Source: Pavona decussata (lineage: Eukaryota). From it: 64,000 nt of DNA. The stretch is taken from assembly GCA_977016875.1 (NCBI GenBank), contig CDRNST010000057.1, forward strand, positions 496,001 through 560,000, given 5' to 3'. The position numbers were made by a program, and so were the translations under genes. Position 1 is the first letter of the stretch; each line of letters opens with the position of its first letter. Positions 50,218 through 63,603 of the stretch are shown in pieces. A model generated the notes under the pieces. The model saw nothing but the letters and a program-made list of their open reading frames with translations. It ran no database searches and was not told the origin of the DNA.

Positions 50218-52530
50218 ATATATGTATTTCATAGCGCGCACCTCGCTCTCGCGTGCTGAACCTCGTTTCGGTTGGCGGGTGGTTGGTAAGTACGTGGTGT
50301 ATGGTGACATATAATGTACCGACACATTGTACCTACAAAGTAGCAAATCGTGGCACCCGCTCTCGCTTCATAGTATCATTAAGCGCATCGCGTCTCTACA
50401 AAAATAAACACACTGCACCTTGTGGAGGTCCCCGAAATACGGAAACACTTATTTTCGTCATTACCAAGGTAAACATTATTTTATTGTTACGCTTCAGATT
50501 TCAAACTCAGTTCTCGACTATATTGGTTTGTTTGCGCTTGGCACTAACCGGCAAATTTTGCGTTGGTTGATTCAAAAAATCATTAAAGGCCTGACTCTTC
50601 AAAAAATTAATAGCAATAAAAGTAATCTCTTCTGTCGAAGTTCGAAAAGCGCGTTTTCCGTATAAATTTCGGTTTTTTTTTTTTTCGCTGCCTATTCAAA
50701 TGATCAAGGACAACTGAAAAGATAGCACCGTGAGACAAATAAATCAGCATGCTTTGTAGGTAGTTAAAAAATATGTGAACACTCGACGGAAAATATCTCT
50801 CTTATTTACCCGGCAGGCAGGCTGGATATGGAATGTCCGTGGTGGTATCAGCGATTATAATTTTTCTAAAAGGAATTGAAAAGGGTTTTCTTTATCCGTA
50901 TTTACTATCTGTCAGAAAAATCTGAAAATGTAAATTAAATTAGATTTTTTCAAAGCCAGGATTTAAAGCAGGTTATTCTCATCTCGACAAGACATGTACT
51001 TTTGTTATTTAAATCAGTTCATCACCCACCTAATGGCTCATCCATTGCAGCTCACTGCTACTGAAACAAAAAAGATTTTCGTTAAAGAAAACTCCTACAA
51101 ACTAAAATATGAACCGCATCGAATGAACTGATTTTCATCGTCTGGTTTTCGACAAACACAATTAACGTCTGTTAGCGTTGTGACTATCCATAAATGAGTT
51201 ACTTTTAGCGCAGGTGCCTAGCTATAAAAGAGGAAACAAAGTCGCCGAAGATCGATCGGGCACCGGTAATCTCATGGTAAACAAAATTGACCAGACGGAT
51301 CAGTATTGCGAATTGGTCTTCATTCAGCTGAAATATAATTTTTACCGCATCACGGTCGCAGCAAATGCAAACTGGATCAATTCATTAAGCACTTCGTTAG
51401 TTTTTTTTTTTCGTAGGTCACCTTTTTGGCAAATCGGGTTTTAGGAGTTCCAGGAAAATAAATACGCTACGTTAATTGTGACACAATAGCAAAAGAAGGT
51501 TCTAATGGCGAAATGCGAAAACTTGACTAAAATACAAAAGGTTACAACCAACACAATGTTAATTGTTCAGTGAAGTAAAAGATCGAGTTATAAGAGCCTT
51601 ATACTTTCAAATCTCGACATTAGAATATTGATTGCGTGCGTAGCGTGGGCTGGGAAAGGAGTTAAGGTATAAGAACATGGATTTGCTGATGCTAATGAAT
51701 GTGTTTATTTTATTTTTCACGGCGCGTTAAATTGTGAATTCTTACCGGAAGGCATGATATATGAAGCTTGACACCTTGCAGACTATTTTCTTGCTCTAAA
51801 ATATATATTTTTTACCCCTGAACTTTATCAATGTCTTCTTGTTACCTGTGTGAAGGGGTTAGACCGAATCTTTCGTGAATGGATTGCATTGATTTATTTG
51901 AGTTTACAAAATGCTCCACTGATCACAAAATTGGAGAATATAAGAAAGAAACCGAGATGAAATATTAATGTCTGTAATAAACCGGGTCGTGAAATAAGAT
52001 TTTGGATTTTAAGGAGTTTTGAGCATTAGCCGTTTAATCTTTATGTCGAGTAATTTTGACATTTCATATCCAAGTTTCTTCCGCGTATTCAGCTCATGCA
52101 GCTTACTTAGCAGGTGCTTGGGTAAGTTGATCGAGGCACACTTGAGATACCTAGCCGAGAAAGAAGTGGGAGCGAGCCTGCGCGTCCGCACGAAATCCAA
52201 ATGAGAAAAGGGAAGAGTCATCGAGACACAGTTTTGTTTGTTCAGTTTATCGTTCTGACCCGGTTGAAACGTTGAACTTTTCATGTGCCGATCTAATGTA
52301 AATGAGCAAAAGCTATTGTTCTTGCTGATTTGCATTACAAGAGGTTCGTCATGTGTTAAGTTTTCGTATTTTCATCGGCATTCTAATCATCGATCTATCC
52401 ATCTGTTCGTCCGTCCATCAATCCATTTATCCATCTATTCCTTAATTCGTTGCCTCCTTCCTTCTTTCCTTCCTTCCTTCATCATATCTGATTTTGCGTA
52501 GACATAAAAAACGTTCACATACTGATGCAT

Positions 52531-52955
52531 ACCGCCGATCGGTTAGCTCAGTTGGTAGAGTACCGGACTACCGTGTGGGAGGTCGTGGGTTTACTGAGGA
52601 GAAAGTGCTGCCTTTGTAAACGACATCATGATCTGCAAACGGTTAAACTGTCTAGTCTTCTCGGAAAAGGACGATAAACCGTAGGTCCCGTCTCACAACA
52701 CTTCTTCCTAATAATAATCTGTGGGACGTTAAAAAACCCATGGCAATGTTCGAAAAGAGTAGAGTGTGGGGTTCCTGATGTCATGGTCTATCTGATTAGA
52801 GCCGTCATTGGTCTTGGTGGGTGGGGTGAGATCATATATGGACTGAGGCGGCAGCCAGAGGCGCCTTCTCTATGCTGACGTGCGATCTCACCCTCTGGTT
52901 CCTCCGCAATTCAGTTCCTTACTGCAAGAGAGGAAATGTGGCTCCCCCAAATTAC
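52531..52955 (+). mobile_element. tRNA-derived SINE (Nin-domain-like body)
   Basis: tRNA-like head GGTTAGCTCAGTTGGTAGAG..GGAGGTCGTGGGTT with the T-arm truncated, then ACTGAGGAGAAAGTGCTGCCTTTGT..GGACGATAAACCGTAGGTCCCGTCTC. Confidence 0.7.
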
Positions 52956-55900
52956 AATTATAAATTATGAATTCCAAAGTTGCCATGTAGAATAGTTGTG
53001 TAAACTGTAAGCCTAACTAGTTTTTATGTCTCAACGGTTGCTTTATGGCCGTTTGATGGCCGTTCTTTACCAAACTGCCGTACTTAATACAGAGAGATAC
53101 AGCCTGTTTTCAAACTATAGAAGCATGTTTCGTCGTGGAAATGAAGACGAACGGGCATTTAAACAGTTACGTACGGCCTCGCCCTCTTGGCACGAAACGT
53201 TGAAGATGCTGTTTTCTATTACCATTTAAGCCAAGCCGTAACAGTGATTAGCATCAAATTTCTCCTTGTAATATGAATGCTTATTCAACCCATAAAGTCA
53301 TGAGAATTAAGGATATGATCACCCAAGGTGGATTTTTTTGATATTTTAATAACTTTTCCACAGTACGTTTATAACGAAAATATGGGGCAAGTTAGGAGAA
53401 TTTGTCCTTTGATATTAGGTGTTAAAGGGTTAACAATTATTCCACGAGCGCGCGTTGGATATGCATGAGATGACAGATAGCTAACGGGGTGCACAGAGCC
53501 GAGTTGGCTATAATCATTCCATCTCAAACGCGAGTGGAATAATTGTTTTATTGAAAACAACCAAGAAATACTGCTAGATCTTGCTGATTTCATTTGTGAG
53601 AAAGCCAAAAGACGATTTCATGACCGCTATTTCCCGGAAATGATATAATGGCTGGCGGCTAAACCAATCAAACCTCTGGAATCGCATTATCAAGTGACCC
53701 AGTTTTTAATAAAGTCAGATAAACAGAGATATTGACTCACGGCATTTCGAGCCCTTGGTTTCATTTCTGCCGGTACTGATTGCTTTTTCAACATTTTGCA
53801 GACTGAAATTTGAAATTTTTGTTTTAGTCTTAGCTTTTGGTGCTATTGGGCTACTTTTTAAACCTTTCCGTAAAAGCATCAACAGAAAACAAGTCGGTTC
53901 GTTTGTCACTGATTAAAGCAAGCTTTCATTCAAGAGTCAGGTTAATAAATTGAAGTGCAGATATTAATCTGTTTAGAGCAGTTATGATTATGATACATTT
54001 TTATATTCACACAAAATCTTGTTCATCCACTGAGCTGGTAGTTCTGTATCGGTGAAATTCAAGATGAAGCTCTTTTGATCGGCTAGACTTGTCCAGTATT
54101 TGAAATCACGGAACATATTTCCTTGGCCCTTTGAAACTTTTGTTTTTATGAAAAAAACGCGAATCACTGTGGTTCATTTGGAAAGTCTATCGTGTTCCTT
54201 GCGTGTACGCACGTACCAGCTAGCAAAAAAGACTAAATTATTCAAGGCCTTCATTTTCTTCTGTTGCTCCTGTTCAATCGTCTTTGTCTTTAACGTCAAA
54301 ACATTTGACGTATACAAACACGAATCCAACTTTTTTTGTCTTCGGCATGTAAATTAGGTGGAAATAGCGAGTTTAAAACACCTAATCTCGACGGATTTGG
54401 CAAGTTGCAATCAGATGAGCGCAGTCGAGATCCGGTATACATTGTAGCGATTCAGCTTATCTCTTCTTTTCCTATTGTATTCCAAACAGCTTGAAAAATC
54501 AACTTCTTGAAATCCCGATCACATCTTAAGGTTTATCAGTCTCAGATTTAGATTGAGAATTGACACGAAAAGAACGGTGAGTGTACCATTATCTTGTAAT
54601 AGAATATTCCGTCAGCTAATCGGGGATAATTACTGAAATCAAGAGAATATCTGAATGTATCCAAGGTAGACCAAGGCCGCTCATTGTCACTTTAAATATT
54701 ATCTCTATATTTTTACGGTGTAAAAATCCATGTTGGCCACAAGCTCAATTTTCATGGCTCGGATTTCGAATTTTTCAGACTAAACCTCTCCATAAAAAAC
54801 TGAAATCCTTTTATTATGTTGCAATCTTAGCAATAATTCTGTTTCTATGCTTGAAAATCAATTTTAATTGCCATCTTGAATATTTTAATTTTGATTCACT
54901 TCGTCAGGTTAAGTTTTTATTCTCAAATTGGAACAGATATAAGGGCTTCTTATATTTTATTATTATTTTTACTTACAAAGATAACTCTATTAAGGTAATT
55001 TATTAGTCAAAACGATAGAATCAATGCTTGAACCACTGATCAGTTCCATTTTTAGTTTTTACTTCTTAAGTATAAAGGAAAAGTGTATCTTTCAATTTTA
55101 CAGAGAAATAGAGAAGGTCTTCTTTCATGAAAGTTTTCGGTGAATTATAATCACATTGTTGCTCCAACACTACTTGTGTTTCATTTGCACCTATAATGGA
55201 ATATTTTGTCTTCACTTAGTTTCCTTATTTCTACAGGGAAGAATTAAGCGTATAATTCACTTCCATCTTAAAAGGCAGCTTCGTGAAGTTTACTCAGTTT
55301 CAACATAATTCAACATAGAAGGTATTACAGGTAAGCAGAAGTGTTTAATGTCAACTTGTACCATAACTGCCAGCTAATGATCAGTGTATTTAGAATAATG
55401 ATTAGAATCGTACCACGTGGGTTTAGTACATGTCTGAAGAAAGCAGCCATTTTTGTATTGTTTCACACAAAGCTGACTGCCTTCGCATGTATGTTAACCT
55501 TTATCTGGCGCAAAACATAGTTATGTCTCCGCTAAATCTGGTTCCCCGCCTGCTTCGTTTAGCGGAGTCATTCGTTCTTTGCTATATGTAAATTATTTTT
55601 GATATCTTGTGATTTTTTGTCAGCAGATGGAGAATATCGCCCTCTAACCGACTCCAGATAACTTTGCACGAGTCAGTCCGCACTACAGCACAGGAAATTG
55701 GAGTTCAAAAATCATGGTCAGTCGAGTTTAGCGTGTTAAGACATATTTTTTCAGTTAATTAGAAAGAAACTAACGCTTCCTCCCTACCCCTTCCCCTCTG
55801 CGGCTTCACGTTGGCATATGCATGTGCGTGAAACTGAGACCTTCTTGGACAATTTTTTTGTCTTGTTGAAATGCATATTCACCAAGCTTCGGCGAGAGGA

Positions 55901-58900
55901 AAAGGCATGTGTTTCGCGTACGTTGCTTCATACTCGCTATCCTCGCTTGCTATTTACAACAACGCGTATAGTGTGCCTTGTAGGTTTTCCAGCTTGAATA
56001 AATATTAGGAAAAGGCAGAGGTCGAGGTCAGGACTATTGCATTTATTGCCTTTAGGTACACTTATCATACAGAAACTCATAAAATATCGGTCGCGGCTGT
56101 TGTCTATTGCTTGTTTGTCGAGTCTTCCGAGCGCTCACCGATATGATCCGAACGATTACCGGTTCTTTCCGAAGTCTCACTGATCGCATTTTATCATTGC
56201 GTGATCACTCGAGCGGTGAGGCGTGAAATGCCATTCAAATAATAAGGATCAATCGATTTGGCAGACAGACAGTTGCGCCAATATAGCTTATTCTGCTGGG
56301 GTAATATTCATTCATATCGCGTATCGCCAAGCAAAAAGTGAGATACGAGGTAAGGTTTCCTTTTACGAGATTTATTTCTCTTTTTAGGTCTCTGTTAGTT
56401 TATGATGCGGTATGAAGAACGTCATTTCTAATGACACAGTTCATGGCACAAACTGACTGTTTTGATTTTTTACTTTACGCGATTTGGTAAATAAGCAGTC
56501 GATTACCTCAGAAACTGAATCAGCCCACTCAGAAAGTCATGACTTCGATAGCATTTGCATTTCGAAACATTGTTTCCTCAGAGCTTTTGAAAGTCAACAT
56601 AGGCCTGTAACTAAGATTTCTAAAGAAACAAACTGCAGTCATTTCAAGGGAATTATTGACACGACTGGGTCATGAACTACATGCCTGTTATTTAGCCGGC
56701 CTTAAGTCTTCATTTATGCTCAATATCTTAGTTGTAAATTAGTGGAAACTGACTTATCGTACAAAGGAGTATGCCATTAATTTGTGAAGAACGCCGCCAA
56801 AATTTGAGCAGGTAGGTCGTTGAGTGATTTGAGCAAACAAGCTACTGTAGCTGAACATCACATTTAAGTCAGGTCATGGAAGGCATGTGCCCTTTGGTGA
56901 TAAATGCGAAATCCTATTATGTCTCGCTGATAAGCAACAGAGAAATTGCAACACAACATGCATGACACGGTTCTGTTGATTGGACAAAGGAAATTGTAAA
57001 CAGTTGATCCTTAGTTCAGTTTGTATGCCCGAAGAACACTGATATTTTTTCGTTGTATTTGCGATTTTCCCATTCAAAATAATGATCCAATAAAGGTCTG
57101 CCATTTGTCGTGCTTAGTGCTTTTGATTTCGAGTGATTCTTGATGTTGGTTTTTGAGATTGTAAAAATAGAACAGCCTCGAGTGTGGGCCCAATATCGTA
57201 CAATGGCCTCAAAATTCTTTCGTCAATCTGCGTCAATACAGCTTTGATTTACAATCCGTGTTAACTTCCTGAAGTGTTTTTCTCGTCATCTTGAATAATT
57301 GATAAAATTAGACTTAAATTCCCTTCTGAATTCCTTTCACTCGGGTTGGTGGCCGAAAAACAATACCCAAGGTAGACAGCACTGTATGAGAGTCCAGTTC
57401 AATTGATTTAATTTGAATGGTTTAATGCACTCCAGGATTTCATCCGTAGAGTTAATTAGGTAAAACCATCTTGTGTAGAATATAAACATTACCACTGGAA
57501 AATACTGCTCAATTGCATTCAACTGAATGGTCATACCTTGGGATTTCATCCCGAAACTACGCTTTACAGCATAATAAACCATGCCACTCGAATGCTCGTC
57601 TCATCCTATTTAACTTATTTTTTATTCTCAAGTCACTTTTAATTTGCGCAGAAAGGTGCGTCATTTACTACAACTACTTGATTCCTGCATTTTGTTGTTT
57701 TCTCTGCCAAATCAGGGATATTGTTATCTAAACGTCACCAGGATTACAAAAATAAAAAAAAAAATAAAATAAAAAAGAAGAAGAAGGAAAACCGAAGAGG
57801 ATTCTGGTAGTTGAAGTAAGATAACGTCATCGCGAAAATCACCTACTGCCTTTTATATACCGTTTCGTTTTTTTATTTTTTTTTTTTTCCCCTTTAACGA
57901 GTAGAGGTGAAATGTAAATTAGATTGTCCCGTCGGGGCGGTAACTGTTGAAGAATCGTGCACATAAAATTAAAGAAACCAAGTTATTCAAGTTTCGGCAA
58001 TTTTGATCCCATTTAATCTTAGCTCAGTTTCGCCCTTTCCGTACTGGGGCCCTCCCTAAATTAATTTTACCAAAGCTCGCATCATCTTGTTGTGTGCCTG
58101 TTTCAAACTTTTGTTCCAACTGTTGTTATGAAGTTGAATAGTGTTTATTTTCGTGACTCAGTGAAGCGTTGAGTTATTATAGTCATGTTAGTTATTTGTG
58201 TGTGACTGTCATGTTAATTCAATTACACAAGACACCCTTTTGCTATATATTGGTTTTTCTTTGTTTTTCATTGGGTGTAGGTATATTTGGATTTCCTTAT
58301 TTAAGTACTGACATGAACTCTTGATGTTCTCATGACTTGACAAGCCCGACCATGTCTACAAATTAGGATTGGCTGCGAATGTTCGGGCTTGAAGTCTGTT
58401 TCGTCACACATTACAGATGTTACGCACAGTCATTGTCTAGTTCCCAGGCTTCTCCTGATACATATATATGGTTTGCATTGCCGCCATGCTGGTGTACAAA
58501 ACAAAAGAAAATTTGCTCACATAGTTTGCATAAAAATGGCAGTTAACTCCATGAGGAAAAAAATCTTATTGTTCCTGTCCACTAACTAGTCTGAACAAGA
58601 AGCCGGGGGCTTATGAGAGAAAAGATACAGACATAAACGAAATACGAATTTACAATACAAATTAGTTACATTAGTTACGAAATATATTACCGATAGAAAA
58701 TGTACAGCTACGAAGGAATGGAACAGACAGGGAGAGATGATGTTAACCACTAGAGTATGGAGTAATACTGTTTTTGAGCTTGTAGTTTACTGGGTTTCAG
58801 TTGAGATTCAATTCTAGAAGAGTATATTTTTGTGGCTAGCGTTAGAGCCGCAAGTCAAGTATTAAAAGGACAATTGAAAGGAAACTGTAGCTGAAAGTTG

Positions 58901-59523
58901 GGTCTCGGAGCTTGCGCATGCCTCATGGCAGAAGTGAATCTGCTCATCTCTGTTACATCTAACATTAGAGAGATTCGCGATTATGTTTTCGTGAAAAAAT
59001 TAGTACACAGACAAGAATAATGCAAAATAATTCTGGCCTTTGATGCTAACGCAAAACTACTCAATTTTACTGAGAAACTGAAAAACCCGTTGCTTCAATC
59101 ATGTAGCAAATATACAGTATTCAGTCTGAAAAGCTAGAGCTATTCGGCACAAAAACGATGTCTTCAAACTTACCTAGATATAACACTGTGTAAAACTACG
59201 GTAAACACTCATTACGGACAAGACTGAACAATAACATAAATAACTCACTTAGTCTTAAGACATTTAAAAATGCTATAAAGGAAACTAGACATCATTGGTA
59301 TGTTAGACAATACTAACAACTGTTGTGACCTTTGCTGGACATTATTTTATTTTACCGTCCTAGCTATCTATGCAGTTTTACATCTGATTTTATACAGTGT
59401 TACTGCATACACTTACCCATTATGGTATTATTATTATGTACATAGCCTTCTGATTCAAGTATTTTTAATTGGTAGTTTGAAATAAGTGCCACTAGCTAAA
59501 TACATTCGACTCTGAAATAAAAG

Positions 59524-59525
59524 TT

Positions 59526-59583
<58 letters not shown>
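59524..59583. repeat. Compound (TTC)n(TTA)n microsatellite
   Basis: Direct reading; lies immediately upstream of the acceptor at 59599. Confidence 0.95.
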
Positions 59584-59584
<1 letters not shown>

Positions 59585-59599
59585 TTCATCAAAACGCAG

Positions 59600-60714
59600 G
59601 AGGAAAGTTTGATCGACGGAAACCAGGACACCCAAGAAGAGCAACAGGACAACGAAGAAGATCAACAGGAAAACCAGGCTGAGGCAAACCAAGAGGACAG
59701 CAACATGGCTAACCCTGTACGCTTGAGTGCTCCGGATATGTACAAAGACTACGGTGTGAGAAGGTAAGGATGAGGAAAGGTTTCTGTGAATGAGAGGATA
59801 GGTTAGTTGTTCCAAAAAAAGTCAGTCGTCTACTCATACAACTTGGGAAAGAGAATAGGGTAGAGTTTAAGCTCGAAGGTATCTCTAGGTAACCATTCCT
59901 GTATCAGGCCACAATGATCAAAATGCTTGCAATTTTCAGAACATAACGGCTCAAAAAATACACCTTTGAGTGCTGCAACTTATATGAGGAGCGCCTGAGC
60001 TTATATCAGGAAGAATCCCACAGCTAACAACTATGGTTACCCCAACTCGGTGTCACCTACCCTCTATTTTCTAAATTTCAATTCGACCGACCTGGAAACA
60101 GTGGAGAGAAGAGCCACTCCGTGGATTCCACTGAAATTCACATTATTTATATATTTTATTTATTTAGACAGTCTACCGTTCTTTTCCCGCACGGTTTTTC
60201 TCCGCGCTGTTTCTTGCTATTTTAAACCCTGGAACAGGCTTAGGATCGCCTATGGCAGTCGTTTCCTTATACTGAAAGCAGTGACTAAAAGATGCAGGTA
60301 TTCACCACATCAGAGAATGCTTAAGTCGTTTTGTGTTCTTAAACCTCTTCTTGGCGAACTTCATCACTTGATTGTATCATTTGAACGAGTGTGAAAACAA
60401 ATGTCGAACATGTACATGTTGGCGGAAGAGTATAAGACAATAATGTTAATGATAAGACAAGCTTCCGGTTTTTAGGGAAAAAAGTAATAAAAAAAAGTAT
60501 TGAGGGTAATAATAAGTGGGAAAACAAAAAGGTCGTGGGAAGAGACCAGTGTATCAGCATCATGGTAGATCATTATCGGCTATTATCTTATCGTTAGCGG
60601 GGTTTTTTTTCTGGAAGCGAGGAGTGAAAGACATTAAAATGTTCTTTACAATTCAGTCGTACATTTGAGAGTTTTCATCAAGAAGTGCGTAGAGTTGAAG
60701 ATCTCCCAGATTAA
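59600..60714 (+). CDS. Putative small orphan protein (two exons; acidic Q/E-rich stretch followed by MANPVRLSAPDMYKDYGVRSRTFESFHQEVRRVEDLPD*)
   Basis: Exon 59600-59763 (cag|...AG|gtaagg) splices in phase 2 to 60657-60714 (ttctttacaattcag|...TAA). ATG at 59705 is in AACATGG context, and AATAAA occurs near 60864. No family recognised, and the start codon is uncertain. Confidence 0.45.
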
Positions 60715-62358
60715 AGTATATGTATTGTTTTGTCTACTTTATAACGAATCTCTTGTCCAGTTGGTATTAATACAAAACGAGATGGCCCATGGCTGTTTTA
60801 TGGACACATCATGCCAACAGCTCGGCTTACCTAAAGCTTTTAGGGTCACTCGTGAAGAAAATTAATAAAAAATACAATGGTATGTTCTCGAGGCCACCGC
60901 GCCGGCTGCTGAATAAGTGGATTAACAGCACTAAACGGCTATATATTTCAAAAGGTCAATGTAGAAATTTATCAATTACGATTGCAGGAAGGTAAGCAGA
61001 ATTTTCAGGATTCCATACAAACCTATTATCTTGAACGCATCGCTCGAAATTTGTTTTACTTAAGGTGGTACTGGAGGCTAAATCGAATCTTTCGGATCAT
61101 GACCTTTTTTAAACACATGGGAGATTACTTAAAATAGGACCTGTACGCCAAATTTCAGAGATCAGGAATGAAGCGTTCGCGAGTAATAAGCGAGAGAAGT
61201 TTGGATCCATTTACAAACATGCATTGGCGGAATTCTATTATATATAGCACGCCTGATGTCGGGAAGGGCTGGCTAAATTCAGGTACTGCTGCACTTCAAT
61301 GCAAAAATGTGGAAAAAAAAACTAAAAACGACGAACCAAGGAAACAAAAGACACACAAAGTACAATTTTTCTGTGCTTCTTCATGGTTTTGGCCGATCGC
61401 TGACTTGTCCCCATATTCCTTACCGCACCCGGCTTACTTGAGATTGTGATTACAACGTATCTTGGAGTAGAGTTTTGGGATACAAATTCCTCCACAAATA
61501 AGCCTTCCGTCAGCAAAATATAACAATCTCAGACGCAAACACCCTTCCTTCCGATCTCATGGTTTCAAACCCATTCATGAACGTAAGGGTTATCTGTTCC
61601 AAGCTGTTAGCTTATAGCCGGTATCAAGCTGTTCTGAGCCATTGGCATTTCGCTCTGATAATAAAATACAAGCCCTCTCTTAAGATAAGCTTGTAAAATA
61701 GTCCTCTGGATGAATTTAAGCCCAGGATTTAAGATTACGGTATGAGTGGAATTGGTGGAAAGGATTTCGAAACCGAAAAAAAAAAGGAAAAAAAAGCAAT
61801 GTGACAGGAAACGAAGGCTTATAAAGCAGGTCCACTCCTTTTATCCAGTGATAAAAGATTTTTTTACTGATTAGATCAGGTCTTTGTGCTCTTCATATTT
61901 CTGAGCGCTCGTGCTCTTTAACCTTTTTTCAAAACCACTGAAAATCTCATTGGCTTTGCCTGTTCATTCCAGATGTGGTAGTATTGTCCTCGTTCGTTTC
62001 TTTGGCCTCATTTGGACATCAACTTGCCGAGTTACTGTACATCTTTCAAGGTTAATTCGTTCCTTGAGGTGAAGTATCATCCGAGACCATGAGGACCACA
62101 TTTACCACATCACCTGAAAAACAAATTGACCGAGACGAAATAACGAGATATACCCCGGGTGCGGGGTATGCATTATGCAATGGGACAAACCTCTAGCGTA
62201 AGCGGCGTGAAATGAGGATCATTTCCCAACTGGGAACTGTTCAGCCGGATGGACTCAACATTAATTTTAGCTTTATTTGAACTGTAACTTTATGCATGCG
62301 CGCGCTACTAGTCATATGCGGACGTGTCTCGTATTGCGTATTCCATCGGTTTTCTTCC

Positions 62359-62393
62359 ACACTGAAGACGGCTTATATACCCGAAACGTTTGT
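62359..62393 (+). ncRNA. Degenerate minimal hammerhead-like motif (Penelope pseudo-LTR remnant)
   Basis: ACA-CTGAAGA-C-GG..CC-GAAAC-GTT-TGT: canonical core, but stems I (3 bp) and II (2 bp) are very weak. Confidence 0.4.
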
Positions 62394-63399
62394 TTTTTTT
62401 TTTTCTTTAACCATTACTGACACTTTCTGATATTTATTTTAATATCAATCCTGCCACGAAGAGTCTCTGCTTGATAATCTTTGAGAGATTCGATCGCCAG
62501 ATCATCTCAGTCATGTTGGTGCTTTTCACTGCCGGGGCTGAAAATGGTTCATTTACACGGCAAGTAAAGACAATGGCAACTAGCAGTTAGTTAGATTTTT
62601 CAATAAAAATTGCAAATCTTTTGAGACCACTTCACTGATTATTTTGTCGGAAAAAGCATACCAACTTGCTTCTCCATCCTGAATAACCGCAGGCCACACT
62701 ACAGGCCCAGGTGTCTGCACCTGTTCAGTACTTTTAACTACGGTCATGTAATGGGATTGATTGGAATATCTCGAGATCGATCGGCGAAAGGTTTTCCCTC
62801 AGTTGCATTCAGTCGTAAAATTATGATCAAAGTTTCCTTTGCCTTTTTGGTACTTGTGACAATTTTCACTGCAGCTGTTATTCAGTTGAGCTGTCAAATA
62901 CAGTATTCTTAAATAGTATTCTTTTTTGCAAATTTCCACTTTGTTGTCTTCTTACGCCATCTGTAAGTTTTTTCTTTAATCCCGATGAGATTACACATTT
63001 GGGGCAAAAGGTATGCAAACGAGGCGACAGGTCAATACCCCAACGGCCTCGTTTGTATGTCAAACCTTCGAATACTGTAATTACACCAGTTTATAATCAC
63101 ATTCAGTTCAACTAATCTGAATTGAAATTTCACAAGAACCCTAGGCTACATCACGGCGGTCTTGAAGACTCGACTAAAACTATTCTGTCGACTCAGTCAC
63201 GATTTCTTGAGAAATGAAGTCATTCGATTCGGAGCAATTCCTGTTTGTAGCCAAGGCAAGAAAAAGGAGAACCTTGACTGCCCAAAGATCATATTTCGTT
63301 CGCGCAATACCATCATGGAATATTAAAGTTAAGCGAGGAAACTAAGATAGTATAACTATTAATATTTTCAAACGTTGTGCCCGTAAGGAATTGTGGACA

Positions 63400-63603
63400 T
63401 TATCACTCTGATTTATCAATTTATGTATGTAATATCTTTATGATTACATTTGGTTTATTCCATGTTAGATAATATTTAGTAGTTTAAGAATTGTAACTAG
63501 GTTTTCTGTTTTTTTGTAACTGTTTGTAAATTAGCATTGAAAACCCCTATTGGGATATGTTAATAAACTTATTGTATTGTATTGTATTGTATTGTATTGC
63601 ATT
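63400..63603 (+). mobile_element. LINE (CR1/L2-like) 3' end with (ATTGT)n tail
   Basis: T-rich 3' UTR, short hairpin CCCCTATTGGG, AATAAA, then the pentanucleotide tail. Confidence 0.55.

Noticed and set aside
52541-52592. Apparent tRNA gene (GGTTAGCTCAGTTGGTAGAG)
   Set aside because: The T-arm and acceptor 3' half are missing and it runs into a SINE body, so it is a SINE head.
53140-53205. TGAAGA...GAAACGTTG hammerhead-like spacing
   Set aside because: No C3/U3-8 pairing context and no credible stems I or II.
59492-59815. Minus-strand ORF with a hydrophobic stretch, poly-Ile and poly-Arg
   Set aside because: Antisense of the acidic exon plus the (TTC)n(TTA)n microsatellite.
60929-62050. 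Further candidate exons (60929-60991, 61973-62050)
   Set aside because: The splice sites are plausible and open frames exist, but no recognisable protein results and they conflict with the simpler terminal exon at 60657; left unassigned.
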